A DNA stretch of 63,743 bases, the filler included, from Kipferlia bialata (taxonomy: Eukaryota): the NCBI GenBank assembly GCA_003568945.1. It is 6 parts of 6 records of this genome, joined end to end, with 100 filler letters (N's around TTAATTAATTAA, not from the genome) between each part and the next. Parts side by side here need not be neighbours in the genome. Positions count along the whole stretch, not along the records: positions 33,769 to 50,534 come from BDIP01000577.1; positions 50,635 to 55,526 come from BDIP01000593.1; positions 55,627 to 61,295 come from BDIP01000596.1; 3 more parts are not named here. The stretch is one strand, 5' to 3'. Below, piece after piece: positions 42,931 through 55,687 of the stretch. Positions within the stretch are counted from its first letter, which is position 1. Each line of letters begins with the position of its first letter. The position numbers and the translations under genes are program-made. The notes below the pieces were generated by a model. It worked only from the letters and a program-made list of their open reading frames with translations. It did not search any database and was not told where the DNA came from.

Positions 42931-43303
42931 GCTGAATGATAGGAGGTGTCAGTACCATACTGACTCAGTACATGTTTGACCGTTGGACCTGGCACCTGCG
43001 GCTCGGTGTTTAGCTCTGCTTCCGGCCTAAACACCTGAACAAACAAGTGAAGTGTGACTTGAAGTTATAACCCATTGATCAAATATTCCCACCAAGTACT
43101 TCTACGTCTATTGTTCCTTAGCGTATTATGTCAATGCTGAAGTACAATCCTTGCCATCCTATAATGTGTGTGGCGAGGATGACGTCTACAAATCCAGTGG
43201 TCCCCATTACGTGGTCAGGTACGAAGTATACGTGTATGACCACTGGTTCAATACCTAAGGCTGCAGGGTCTGTAGTAGAGGTTGTACCTTAGGGTACAGT
43301 ACC

Positions 43304-45222
43304 TCAAGGCATCGCTTCTATCCCAGAGGCTAGCTCTGCTGTCTGTTGCATGTACACATCTTCCTTGCTGTCGGTACCCACAGGAGGGACTGCTTCCTCT
43401 GCACCATCTGTCTCACCACCTCGCTCTCCCTGTCTCTGTCTCTCTCCCTCTGAATGTGGTTTGCTGTCAGCTCTGATACGTGTCTCGAGAGGGTTGGTAG
43501 GTGCCTCACGTGGTGCTATTCTATGCCTAGTATCAACCTCACTACGTGGTGATGTCAGTCTGGGTGGGACGTGAGGGTGGATATCTCTGGTGCGACAGGG
43601 CCTGGCTTTCTGTCGTGAGAGATGTTACACTTAGCCTCAGCTTGTAGTTGCAGTAGTCACTCCATCCTGAATACCATATGGAATAAGTGATAATTACAGG
43701 CCCTGTTAGACAGGGTATAGTCTCCCTGATAGTGGTGCACCTTACAGGAGATGTGTCTTGGTACATCCTCGGATCCACTCTCTGGAGACTGAGATAGTCT
43801 ACTAGCCTGGTCGAAGACGGCCACAAGGGAAGGTTCCTAGATTTGAGGGTATGCGCATTATCAAGACAATGGACTTTGAAGCCAGGGTTCTCTATATATA
43901 TGGATAACAAGAACAAAGAGAGAGATATAAAGAAGCGGCGTCTCTTACGTTAGGCATTCGGTCCACTAACTCCTGCCTCTTTTGGGTGTAGGTCTCGGGA
44001 CTGGGAATGAGTGTTACTGAAAGCAGTCGATAAGATAAACAATAAAGCAGGCCACAATGTTGCAGTGCATATTCAATTATGAAACTGTTACTTCAAAAAC
44101 TATATGGAAATATATATAGCCACAAACGGACCTCTCCTCTTGGTGTTCCTCCAGCCAGAAGAGAGTCTTGTACACACAGTGCATGGCGGCAACTCTCTGT
44201 GACTGAAGGTGTAAGAGGGTGAGGATTGTTCAGCACAAGACGCCGACCAGTCTATATACTATGGACTCCACAGTATGGTGTCTATTGATATTTTATATAT
44301 AGATACCAACAACCCAAGCCATACCTCAATAGTCATCAATATCGGTATTGACATGTTGTGATCTGACACTGAATACCCTACCTCAGATCTTATGCTCCCT
44401 TTGGTCTGCATGTGACACCTCAGACAGAACAGGAGGGTGCTGAGCTCTGATTTGGCCTGGTTTCAGAGGACGCAACACCAATATGCATTATACACTGGAT
44501 CTATAGTAATCTTGGATAGCAACTGAGGTCATAACTACTCACTTGGTTCTGGGTTCTTTCATCGACCAGTTGTGTCAGCCTTGCAGTCAGCTAGGGTGAG
44601 AGACAAATGGTCGATAAGTAGATCTCCTCCGTCCGCTAGAACTATACTACATCCTGATTGAACAGGGTGAGATGGGATAAATAATAATGAGTCTTTTCAC
44701 TCTTATCGTAAGAGCGGGACAAGTAGGTTTCCTCTAAATAGATATATTACTACCCATACCTAGTGATATGTTCCATATCACTACTATCAGTGGCAGTCGG
44801 TCACAACTATTCATTCATATTACATTGTCGTATATCTACCTTGTCCATTGTCGGAGATGGGACAGGTGATATATGCAGTGTGACTGGTGCCCCAATGCCA
44901 GCTGCTCTGGTATAGTCTGTGAGTGGAGTAAGGGTGCTGGTCTAGGGTAAGTAGATATATAAATAGGAATTGGAATATGCCATATTGTCATATAGAGAGA
45001 GTGTGTGTGTAAGCTATTACTGGATAGACCGATGGAGTGAAGGACACCTTGTCTGTCTTTGGTACATTCCGCATCACAATACGACCATCTCCTGACATCA
45101 GGGCGACAAAAATGAATGAGAGTGACAATGGAAATTCAAGTGTCAATGGAACTGCAATTCTATCATAGGTCAATTCTTTCGAGCCCTACCTGGTGTCCGT
45201 AGTGCCCTATGAGCCCTTCCCA
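43304..45222 (-). CDS. Hypothetical protein with an Hsp70 alpha-helical lid-like segment; 5' exons unresolved
   Basis: LTARLTQLVDERTQNQ|AKSELSTLLFCLRCHMQTKGSIRSE|SQRVAAMHCVYKTLFWLEEHQEE|SPETYTQKRQELVDRMPN resembles the Hsp70 lid (AKNxLE..C.E.I.WL..N....E.F..KRKELE...P). An acidic tail ends ..SGIEAMP*. Confidence 0.55.
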
Positions 45223-45853
45223 GGGGCATAGTCAGCCTCTTCCCTCTCCTTCACTAGCCACTCACTAACCCTACGCTGACGAACTCTTGTATAGAGACTC
45301 TCTATATTGTGGTAGTACTCTTTTGACGGTTAGTGAGAGGGTACAGTACTGTTGTAACAGCAGGGGTTAATAGTGAAAGTGCGAGCAGAATAGCTGCCGA
45401 ATTTTCATATGTTCAACATACTATGTTGCGAGGGCGTATCATGCGTGATACCCGATTCGAGATTGGAATAATTGTTCTCATGAAACGTGTTTACTCCCCA
45501 ATTCTCATTCCTACAATTATGTTCAGTTGTATCACACATGAATGTCGCTCTCTCTCTGTGCTCTCTCAATGGAAAAAACTATTGAAACACACTGAGTATT
45601 TACCACTGCCCCATGTAGAATGCCTGCATATCTCATAGCACACTGTAGACTCAGTGTGCAGTAGATTCTACAGAACATAAGGAAGGTTTCAGAATTCCAT
45701 ACCGTCAGTTGACTGTTGTGAAACCGTCACTGTAGACTATTACCATCGCTCTTGGGCAACAGACCTCTTCTTGTTGACCAAGCACAGTGTGTCTCTTTTT
45801 TAACTATTAATCACACTGGAGGAGAGAATAGAGTCTCAGAGTCTCTGTCAGCG

Positions 45854-48800
45854 ATGAAGTTCAGAGATCTCTTCACTGAGAAGTTCTGGTCCTTCATCCC
45901 CTATCAGTTTGATGAACTGGCCATGAAGGTAAGAGGGTGTGACAATCACATTATGATACTATATACTGTAATACTATGTACTCTAATACTATATTACTAT
46001 ATAGCTGCTCTGCTTAGATGAATCCTTTGAGATGAATGAAGTTGTGTCTCTAAAATACGTATCAGTTTGGTGAACTGGCCATGAAGGTGGGAGGTCATAC
46101 TCTTGTTTCTATTAGGCTATAATATGGTAAGGTCAATGATGGTACACTTAGTTGTAACGAAAGAGTCACTATGGACAATAATACCTTTCGTTAACCACCA
46201 GATCATCGGGATGCAGCCCCTGAGTCTACTGCATGGAAGGTGAATCACCAGACACACTGAGAGATACAATCCATCTGTACTGTATAATCATATATACTGT
46301 AACAAGCCAAACTGTACCATATATACATTATATATTGTGTATATAGGTATATGGTGCACTAGATATCCTTGACACTTAGGGTCAACCCCGAGGCTGGCCC
46401 TGACATATCCATCAAAACGTATAATATTTATATACTGTATATGATATAAATTGAGTCTGAAGACTGGCTCTACGCATCTTACCTTATATATACACCATAT
46501 ACACACAAGAACATATATATATATGTACTCTCAACATCATTGACGTTAAGGGTTAACCCTGAGGCTGGCCCTGACCTCCCCCTGCCCACTCTCTCTGGAA
46601 TCACTGGGTTCTGTCTACCGGATGCAGTGTGTCTGGCTAGGCTCAGTGCAGGTACGCCAGGCTCGACTATCGAGTCGATATGATACATCAGAGAACTAAC
46701 AATGAGCCTATATGGTACTAGTGTACTCCGTTATCTCTAACGTACAGCCATCTACGAGAATGACATCGATGCCTTGTAGTGACACCATTAATAGCTGGCA
46801 ATTATCACTATTAGTATTATTATAGCATTAGTCTAATACCAGCCATCTATGAGAATGACACCGATATCCAGTATAACGCCCTAGTATAGAGAAATATTAA
46901 GAATTCCACAGTCTCTATACTATATATTACAGTGATTTTTGATATCCGTACTCTAATAAGTACTCCCTGTCAGTAATACACGAGAATGACACCGATGCCC
47001 TGTATGATGCCAAAGTCAAGTCTTTTCGCCATATGTCCACAACTATAATGATTCAGGGAATCATGGTATACGTACTCTGATAAGTATTCACTCCCAGCCA
47101 TCTATGAGAATGACACCGACGCCCTGTATGACGCCCTGTCTGGTGTGGGACTCAGGTCCATACAGCTGTTACAGCACAAGGTAACAGCGTGTAGTCTGTA
47201 GTGACTATGGTATTGTACTAGATCCAAATATGATGTGAGCTGTTACAGCACAAGGTACTATAGAAGTCACTGGAGTCCAGTGACTGGACCAGTGACTGGT
47301 TACTAATTAACTCCACTCATCAATACAGCTGTAAGAAGTAGTGTATGTAATTATCACCAATGTAACAGTTCTCTGGTAGCGAATGACTCAAGCTTGATAT
47401 CAGTGTAACGAGTGTCCATTCTGAGTATGTTATAAATGACAGCGTCATTGACGGACCTATTGACACTATTCATCTCTTGTTGGGTCTCATTCCTCACCAT
47501 TCTAGGAACTGCTGTGCATCCTGGCCGTCTCTGGAGAGTCCAATGTGGTGTGTGTGTGTAGAGGAACACAGCCTACATCGGTCAGGTATCGTCACTGATA
47601 TAGTATATCAGTGATATACTCTACCAAGTATCCTAGTAATGCAACGATAGTTGCACCAATAGAAGTAATAGTTAAGTACTAGAATAGCAGTTAGTATATA
47701 GTAGCACATTAGTTGCATCCCAAAGTATGAGACTTTGGGACTCAGAGTCTCAGCGAGAGTAACCCAGTATAATACAGTCACTAACGGTAAAATTATAGAT
47801 AATTGAATAACCTTATCACATGCTGATAATTAGGAATTGGGTCACCGACATCACATACTCACTCATAGACGGAGGGGAGATAGGTAGGTTACACTAGGGT
47901 CAGATTGAACTTATCACTTGTCCCCATATGCATTTTGTGAATGGTACATACACACATAAGGCATTCATTCACACTGTTCGATTTTATATACATATCTTCT
48001 GATCTTAGGCACAGTCCACGAGGTATACTCTAAGGCACTCGACACAATTGATAGTATTCTCGGGAATATAGTATTATATCCTATAGATTGTGAATCCTAT
48101 GTTATATGCTATTCAGTCACCGTGTAACCCAGGCACTGTGCACAAGGGCTACTCGAAGGCACTCGACAAGGTGTATGAGACGATAAAGAACTACGTTGTT
48201 AGGGAGCTGGGTGACGGTACACTCTACATGACAGGGCACTCAATGGGAGGTGGGGTATCTGGTTGACATGCACGCAGTCTATATTATAGTATATGTAACG
48301 TTACTGCAGTTCTGTATACAGCAGACACTGACAGTTAACCGCAGGAGCACTATCTACCTTAGCCCTTGCTAGGCTCACTTGCACCCAACCTATCACAGAG
48401 GGACACGCCTCACCCTCTAAGCCACTGGTGGATGCAGAGAAGTGTGCACTGTACACATTTGGGAGTCCCAGGTACTATTACCAGAAAGAATCAAGTCATC
48501 ATACCTTCTCTATATCTATCATAGGGCGGATAGATAGAGTCTCTATCATAGAGATAATCATTGTCTAAGAGTAGGTGTGGAGGAGATGACTTTGCCACCA
48601 GACTCACAGCATTGTGTCCAAACTATGTATAGACAAGTCATGTTTATAACTTGTTTAGCAACATTAAAGTCTCTTACCGTAAATTCTTCTTACACAAGGT
48701 GTGGTGGTGATGATTTTGCCACCAGACTTACTGCACTGTGCCCCACCTCTCATATATAAATACTAAGTATATATATGTCGATTAGCAACGTTAATATATA

Positions 48801-50320
48801 TATTACCCTTATTCCCTCTCACATAAGATGCGGAGGCGATGACTTTGCCACCAGACTGACTGCCCTGTGTCCCACCTGCTACAGGGTGATACACAAGAAC
48901 GACCCCTTCTGCAGAACACCCTTGGAGTCACAGGTGCATCAACGTAATGAACTGGATACACCTCTCTCACAAAATTTCCCGCGGCTGGTACATTCTATCA
49001 GAGTACTAATTTACTCTCACCCTATATATGACAGAGCAATATGTTGACCCTAGGGCTACTGCCATGTCCCCAGTGACGGTAGGGTCCTCTACCTGGACAG
49101 TCATGGCATGCACACATCTGTGCCCGGAGGCCTATTCACTGATACCATGTTAAGGAGGTATATACATGAAGATGATATGTAACATATCAATTGTATATAC
49201 ATGCAAAGTTATACCCTAAACTCTAGGTGGACCTGGACCCTTGATGACTGGGTGCTATTCACAGCATCATTCCCTGCCACAGGTGAGAAAAACATTTATA
49301 TACATACATATATATATATATATACATATTTTCATATCACTTAGGAGAACGTCTCATCATGAGACTCTCATGGAATTGTCTCTATACTCCTCCTGTAATT
49401 GTGTCTGTGTTTAACTCCAGTCAAGTGCCACCGGTTCAACTCCTATGCCACCAAGATACAATATATGGATTATCTCTAGCAAAAATGTATTCCCGCACAT
49501 GCCTCTAACTCCAGTCAAGTGCCACCGGTTCAACTCCTATGCCACCAAGGTACAAAGAGTGTGGGACAGGGAGAGAGAGAGGAGGGACCACCATGATAGA
49601 GAGAGTGTGGAGAGCCACTCCAGAGCACTACACTCCGCTACATGTGTAGAAGAAACTGAAGTGACTCAAGAGCATGTGGGCGATGCAGAGAGTGAAGAGC
49701 ATGTGGGCGATGAAGAGAGTGAAGAGTACCTAGGTGGTGAGAAGACTATATATATATGCATTGATACTGTAAATGTATAGATCACCCTATAATATTTACT
49801 GATGTCTAGGTGATGAGGAGATATAAATATATATATAGTAGTTATAACATTACTGATACTGATACTGATGTCTAGGTGATGAGGAGAGGTCCTACCTGAT
49901 GGACCCTGTGCCAGAGGACACATATATATATACATAGACAATGAATATATAGATATATACTGATACTTATACCCAGGTGATGAGGAGAGGTCCTACCTGA
50001 TGGACCCCGTGTCAGAGGACACACACATATATATATATATATATACTATATAGATAGTATTACTGATGTCTAGGTGATGAGGAGCGGTCCTATCTGATGG
50101 ACCCTGTGTCAGAGAACATATATATATATACATAGATAATGTATATATAGATAGTATTAGATAGTATTACTGATGTCTAGGTGATGAGGAGATATTATAT
50201 ATTATATCTATACAATAATACTCATATCTAGGTGATGAGGAGAGGTCCTACCTGATGGACCCGGTGTCAGAGGACGAAGAGTACACCGACCCCAGACACA
50301 GCGAGATGGTTGAGGAGTAG
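45854..50320 (+). CDS. Class 3 lipase (fungal-type triacylglycerol lipase, alpha/beta hydrolase)
   Basis: MKFRDLF..ARLSA|AIYE..VVCVCRGT..|NWVTD..GTVHKGY..YMTGHSMGG|GALSTL..YTFGSPR|CGGDDFA..YRVIHKNDPFCRTP..|GYCH..VKCHRFNSY. The GxSxG nucleophile, catalytic Asp and His are present; acidic tail; TAG at 50318-50320. Confidence 0.95.
49807..50275 (+). repeat. Array of 6 copies of the last splice acceptor plus terminal-exon start of the lipase
   Basis: YAG|GTGATGAGGAG.. at 49810, 49876, 49977, 50074, 50181 and 50232; only the last reads through to the stop codon. Confidence 0.93.
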
Positions 50321-50534
50321 ATAAGCATACACAATAGAGAGATGTAGTCTCGTCAAATTGAGGCTCCCAATAATAGATGATGATTTTCATCTATAATGAT
50401 GACAATTATAGACAAATTTGTTTGTTATTTGGATTTCGAGGGTGCAGTGCTGAGATGTATCTTTTGAAGAAGATTGGATCAGGGTTCCTGTTTTTGTGTG
50501 ATTTTGTGAGGATTAAGGCCTTGGTGATCTTCAC

Positions 50535-50634
50535 NNNNNNNNNNNNNNNNNNNNNNNNNNNNNNNNNNNNNNNNNNNNTTAATTAATTAANNNNNNNNNN
50601 NNNNNNNNNNNNNNNNNNNNNNNNNNNNNNNNNN
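50535..50634. other. Artificial assembly linker
   Basis: N44-TTAATTAATTAA-N44. Confidence 0.97.
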
Positions 50635-50688
<54 letters not shown>

Positions 50689-50699
50689 CCTCTACGTAC

Positions 50700-51174
50700 C
50701 ACGAGTCCAGGCAGTGCTGGTGGAATGTGTGTGTGCATGTGCCAGTGACCACACCACACTCAGAGGAGGGGGACTCAGCACACTCGGGGCAGGGCTGGTA
50801 TATGAGTATATATACTAGGTATATATACCTAGTATATATATAGAGAGAGAGAGAGTATTTAAATCACCCTTTAAGGCAAACTCAGAGTTGTCGGGACATG
50901 CTTGTATTAGTATAGTATATACCTAACAACACAGTACATATATACATTATAGTAGACCACGTACTTGGAGCCGCAGTGAGAGAGTGCATGAACATCATTA
51001 TTATTCAATTCAATATATTTATTGAATAGTAAACAAATATGAATATCCACATAGAGGGTATAGTACAGTGTACCTGCCCCAGTTCACACTTGCATATGTG
51101 GCACTCAGCATGGTCTGCCAGGGAGTGCCACTCAAGCACACCAGGAAGTGAGAGAGATAGAGAACGGGGAGAGA

Positions 51175-51222
<48 letters not shown>

Positions 51223-51332
51223 CGACTAGCATCGACCCCCCCCCCAGCTAACTGGGGTTGGTTGGGTATAGAGGACCAGTGAGAGACGTGAGATGTAGAG
51301 AGTATGAATAACCAGACACCCTCCAACTCCAT
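50700..51332 (-). CDS. RING-H2 protein of the APC11/RBX1 family, closer to APC11 (3'-truncated; first junction unresolved)
   Basis: MELEGV..GVLEWHSLADHAECHICKCELGQ|PCPECAESPSSECGVVTGTCTHTFHQHCLDSW follows W..C-x-I-C..C-P-x-C..C..G-x-C-x-H-x-F-H-x-H-C-x3-W. Confidence 0.8.
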
Positions 51333-51701
51333 CAACTACACGTACCCGAATACCGCTTCAGCTTGAATGATGGGCCACCCATCGGTAGGCTACTAGCCAA
51401 ACCCTCTCCTGAGGGGTTACTAGGCAGGATACAGGCTGAATGAACTCCTCTAGGGAGTGACTATTGAAGCGACTATGGAGTAGTATGTCAATGACATTGT
51501 CATTGACCTGCACCCTTTTGGTTTTTGCTCTCGTCCCATACACCCCTTAGTGTTTTTCATTGCTCAAGCTTGCTGTGAAACATCCAATCATCAGCCTCTT
51601 TTAGGTTGTTCAGGTTCTCCCAAAGCTCCTGACTTCCCCTTTTGATAAGATTGGGCTAGTATTGACCCGTAGCACCCTTTTCCGTCGTCAGTTTTGCGGA
51701 G
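51333..51701. promoter_or_regulatory. Compact bidirectional promoter region (APC11-like / TBP)
   Basis: About 370 nt between divergent ATGs; contains ATTGACC-N1-4-GCACCCTTTT twice (51502-51519, 51661-51681). Confidence 0.6.
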
Positions 51702-53061
51702 ATGGACGTTAGGGCAGTCAACACTTTCTTTTCTGACGCTCCGGCCAACGATGAGCAGGGTAGTGGCACGTGGTATGATGCTCTCACACACACGCGCGAC
51801 TACCTTGAGCCAGAGATCAACAACGTCGTGGCTACATTCGACCTCAAGGCATGCGCATTGTGGTTCTGTACTCTATCTAAATTGTGTTTGTTGGCTCTGT
51901 AGGGCTGAGATTGGATGTGGGTTGGTGTGTGTGTGTGCGGTTGGTGTGTCCTCACTCCAGCGGTAGCAGTTGGTGTCTGTCAGTTCACAGGGTGACCTGT
52001 ATCTGATTCCACACACTTCTGGATTCATAGCAGCTATCTCTATTTTTGTACATATATCTGCCATCCCCCTACCATTCAATGCCTCCTAATACCTAGTGCA
52101 AGCTGGATCTGAAGAAGATCGCCTCCAGCATCTCAAATGCAGAGTTCAACGTCAACAGGCATGGATGTATCTATACAGACACATCTCTCTATCTGATGCT
52201 TGTTTGTGTGGGTGTATTGCTGTGCGGCTGGGAGCTTTGTATACATGTGTTTATGCTATATACATGTCTATGCTATATTAGGGCAAATGGGGGTGTGTGA
52301 ATCGTTGTGGTACACTGTGTGGTATGGGAATTGGGGTTGGATGGGAGGATCGTGTATTTGGATGCCATCTCTATTGGATCACTTGTTGATACAGCTGTGT
52401 GTGAGTGATAGGGGGATGAGGTCTATACTGGTGTACAGGTGTATCCAGTTGTGTGGCATTGGGTGGAATGACTGTGTGTTCACCTATACCCGATCATCCC
52501 GTCTATTGAGCTCGTCCCCCCCCCTCCCCCCCATCCCCACACCCACCAATCCACCACGTCCCCTGATCTGTTATGTGCTTTCCTAGTTAGCCATTTTCTA
52601 CGTGTCTAGGTTCTCCCTATACTCTAACCACTAGGAACCATGGCTGTGTGTACTGATCTAGTCTCATACAATACTAGTACATGTATTTATTACTAATCAC
52701 TATTAGTTCTTTATTAATATGCCATATCTAACTACTAGGAACCATGGCTGTGTGTACTGATCTAGTCTTATACTATATATGCATTCATCTTCAATTTTAT
52801 ACTAGTTTATTATTAATATGTCATATCTAACCCCCAGGAACCATGGGTGTGTGCTGCGTCTGGCAGACCCCAAGGCAACCATGATCATACACAGGTATGG
52901 ATATACACTCATTGTTTAATCATATACACATATGTATATGTGCATTAGTGTAGTGACAGTATCAGTATCCTCACCCTTAGGACTGGCAATGTGGTGTGCA
53001 CTGGTGCTGCCGATGTGAGCAAGTGCAAGAGAGCCTGTGTCAAGTGTGCTAGGGTGAGGCA

Positions 53062-53094
<33 letters not shown>

Positions 53095-53187
53095 ATATCT
53101 CTCTCTCTCTCTATATATATATGCATGTATTAATCTTCTTACCCCTAGCTCATGAAGATGCTGGACTACCCCATCAAGGGTCTCTCT

Positions 53188-53223
<36 letters not shown>

Positions 53224-53405
53224 CTTCCCCCTCTCTAACCCTTCAGCTCATGAAGATGCTGGACTACCCCATCAAGGGGTTCAGGGGGTTCAAGGTGCAG
53301 AACATCGTGGCAAAGGCACACGTGGGTATGTATACATGTCTATATATATAGAGGTATTATATACATATGGTATGCTGTACTCACCCCAGGACATGGCCAA
53401 GTATG

Positions 53406-53445
<40 letters not shown>

Positions 53446-53990
53446 GCCATGCTGTACTCACCCCAGGCTTCAGAGTCAATGTGGACGAGCTCTTCCGGGT
53501 TCACTTCAAGTACGTTGTATTGTGCATAGTATATATATATATAGTGAATGTGTGTGACTAACCATGTATATATACATATATGTTTATATACCATATATAC
53601 TATATATACTATATATATACCCCCAGGTTCAGTGAGTATGAGGCCGAGGTGTTCCCATAGACATACTCTCTCTCTATATATATTCACTATATATATATAC
53701 TATACATATACCTCACCCCCAGGTTCAGTGAGTATGAGGCCGAGGTGTTCCCAGGTCTCATCTACAGACTGCAGGACCCACAGGTATAGACAATATTATA
53801 TATATACATATTATATAGATATGGATATATGTATAGAGAGAGAGAGGTAGAGAGTTCCCGGGTCTTATATACAGACTGCAGGAACCACAGGTGGGTATAT
53901 ATATCCCATACACACATATATACATATATAGATGTTGCTCCCTCTCTCTCCCCCCCTCCACCAATCCCATTCACCTAGGTCACTGTCCTC

Positions 53991-54038
<48 letters not shown>

Positions 54039-54493
54039 CCTTAGGTCACTGTCCTCATATTCTCCACAGGCAGTGTGGTCATTGCAGGTATGGATACTGT
54101 ATATATACATGTATATATACTTTATATTGTTTTTTGTACTACTCTAAGGACGTGTGTATGTGTATATGTAGTGTATAATGAGTAGGTGGAGGGAAGAGTG
54201 TATATAGTGGTTGTCTGGAGTATCTCTCTCGACAATCATTGTTAGCACCCCTCTCTCTCTCTCTCTTTCTCTTTTGCTCATATATTGTATATGTATACTT
54301 CCACCCCATGCTCATTGCATCAGGGGCCAAGAGCGTTCAATGCATCTATCTATATATGGATATCTATACTATATATATATATACATCCCTCTACCCTATG
54401 CTCATTGCATCAGGGGCCAAGAGTGTGCAGGCTGTCAACGCAGCCTTTAGGAAGATGAGGGACCTCCTACAGGCCTTCCAGGTCACTGATTAA
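51702..54493 (+). CDS. TBP: TATA-binding protein, divergent, 9 exons
   Basis: ..PEINNVVATFDLK|CKLDLKKIASSISNAEFNVNR|NHGCVLRLADPKATMIIHR|TGNVVCTGAADVSKCKRACVKCAR|LMKMLDYPIKGFRGFKVQNIVAKAHV|GFRVNVDELFRVHFK|FSEYEAEVFPGLIYRLQDPQ|VTVLIFSTGSVVIA|GAKSVQAVNAAFRKMRDLLQAFQVTD* is collinear with the two-repeat TBP core. Confidence 0.95.
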
Positions 54494-55526
54494 GGGGCTA
54501 GGGAGGGAGAGAGAGAGAGAGTGGTTGATGACTGTTGCGTCTTTTGTGTGATTGCGTGTCTTTAGTGTCTCCACAACAGTGTGGGTTTTATCAATGAGTT
54601 TTTAATATCAAAACAACAACAAAAATTTGGGATTTGTGAATACTAATAAAAAGAGTAGGATCAAGTTGGTTGTAAGTTGAGTGCAGTGTCGATACTGAGT
54701 ATATGGTGGTGAATGCCACTCGTCGGTGGTTTGTGCGGTTTTTGCAACATAAGGGTGTAGACTGAATGGATTCGTCTATTCGAGATCCGGGAAATAGGCC
54801 TCTCTTGCTGCCAGGGTTATACCTGTATAGCCGTGCATTGCGTATGGCTCTACTGGTAACCGAGCATGTTGTGGGTATCCTTATGGAGGTATGGGGGTGT
54901 TTCGTGTGAGTATTTCAGTGCGGTGTTGTAGTGTATGCGTCTGTACGTCTTACCGCCATTTAGTCCATGGGCATATATAGTGTTAGAACATGTAGATATG
55001 GTACGTATGTAGTGTAGTAGGTGTGCATAGCTCGTTGAGGTGGGTTGGTATATCGGTGAGAGAGCGTTGGTTCTTAGGTGGATGTGTCAATGTGTGCCAA
55101 TGAGTGTACATTCTATCATCCAAAATGCACAGGTACTCTACTCATATACACAGCGGTTAAAGTGCTCAGTTACATCCAAAGATACATCTATGTCCTCATA
55201 TACACAGTGTGTGTGCTTGAACGTAGTGTCAGTGCATGTGATATGGACTTCTTGCATATCTCAGCAGATCTATCTAGACCTCCCTAACCACCGCCTATCT
55301 CTCTATATGATTATATGCCGTGTACCCAGTGCTATGTTATGATCCACGTTTTAGTGTTATGATCTTTATACCTCTGTCTCTAGCCACCATATATATGTAT
55401 ATACACAGTCATGTGTTAGGATCGATGTTCCCAGTGCTATGTTCTGATCCACGGTTATCCACTACCTTTCACCAATGTCTTTCTACTAATCCCCCCCCCC
55501 CCCCCCCCCAACCCAAAGACCCCTCT

Positions 55527-55626
55527 NNNNNNNNNNNNNNNNNNNNNNNNNNNNNNNNNNNNNNNNNNNNTTAATTAATTAANNNNNNNNNNNNNNNNNN
55601 NNNNNNNNNNNNNNNNNNNNNNNNNN
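55527..55626. other. Artificial assembly linker
   Basis: N44-TTAATTAATTAA-N44. Confidence 0.97.
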
Positions 55627-55682
<56 letters not shown>

Positions 55683-55687
55683 AGACA

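Noticed and set aside
43178..43230. SECIS element (ATGA..AAA)
   Set aside because: Spacing from ATGA to the A run is too short, and no neighbouring gene needs an in-frame UGA.
28350..54493. Hexamitid-type genetic code (TAA/TAG = Gln)
   Set aside because: CFAP206 and the lipase end in TAG and TBP ends in TAA at plausible C-termini, and no stitched exon needed read-through.
54766..55480. Possible gene start with an A20-like zinc finger (MCANECTFY..CSQCY)
   Set aside because: Exon-like pieces exist, but I could not join the two halves in a consistent phase before the contig end.
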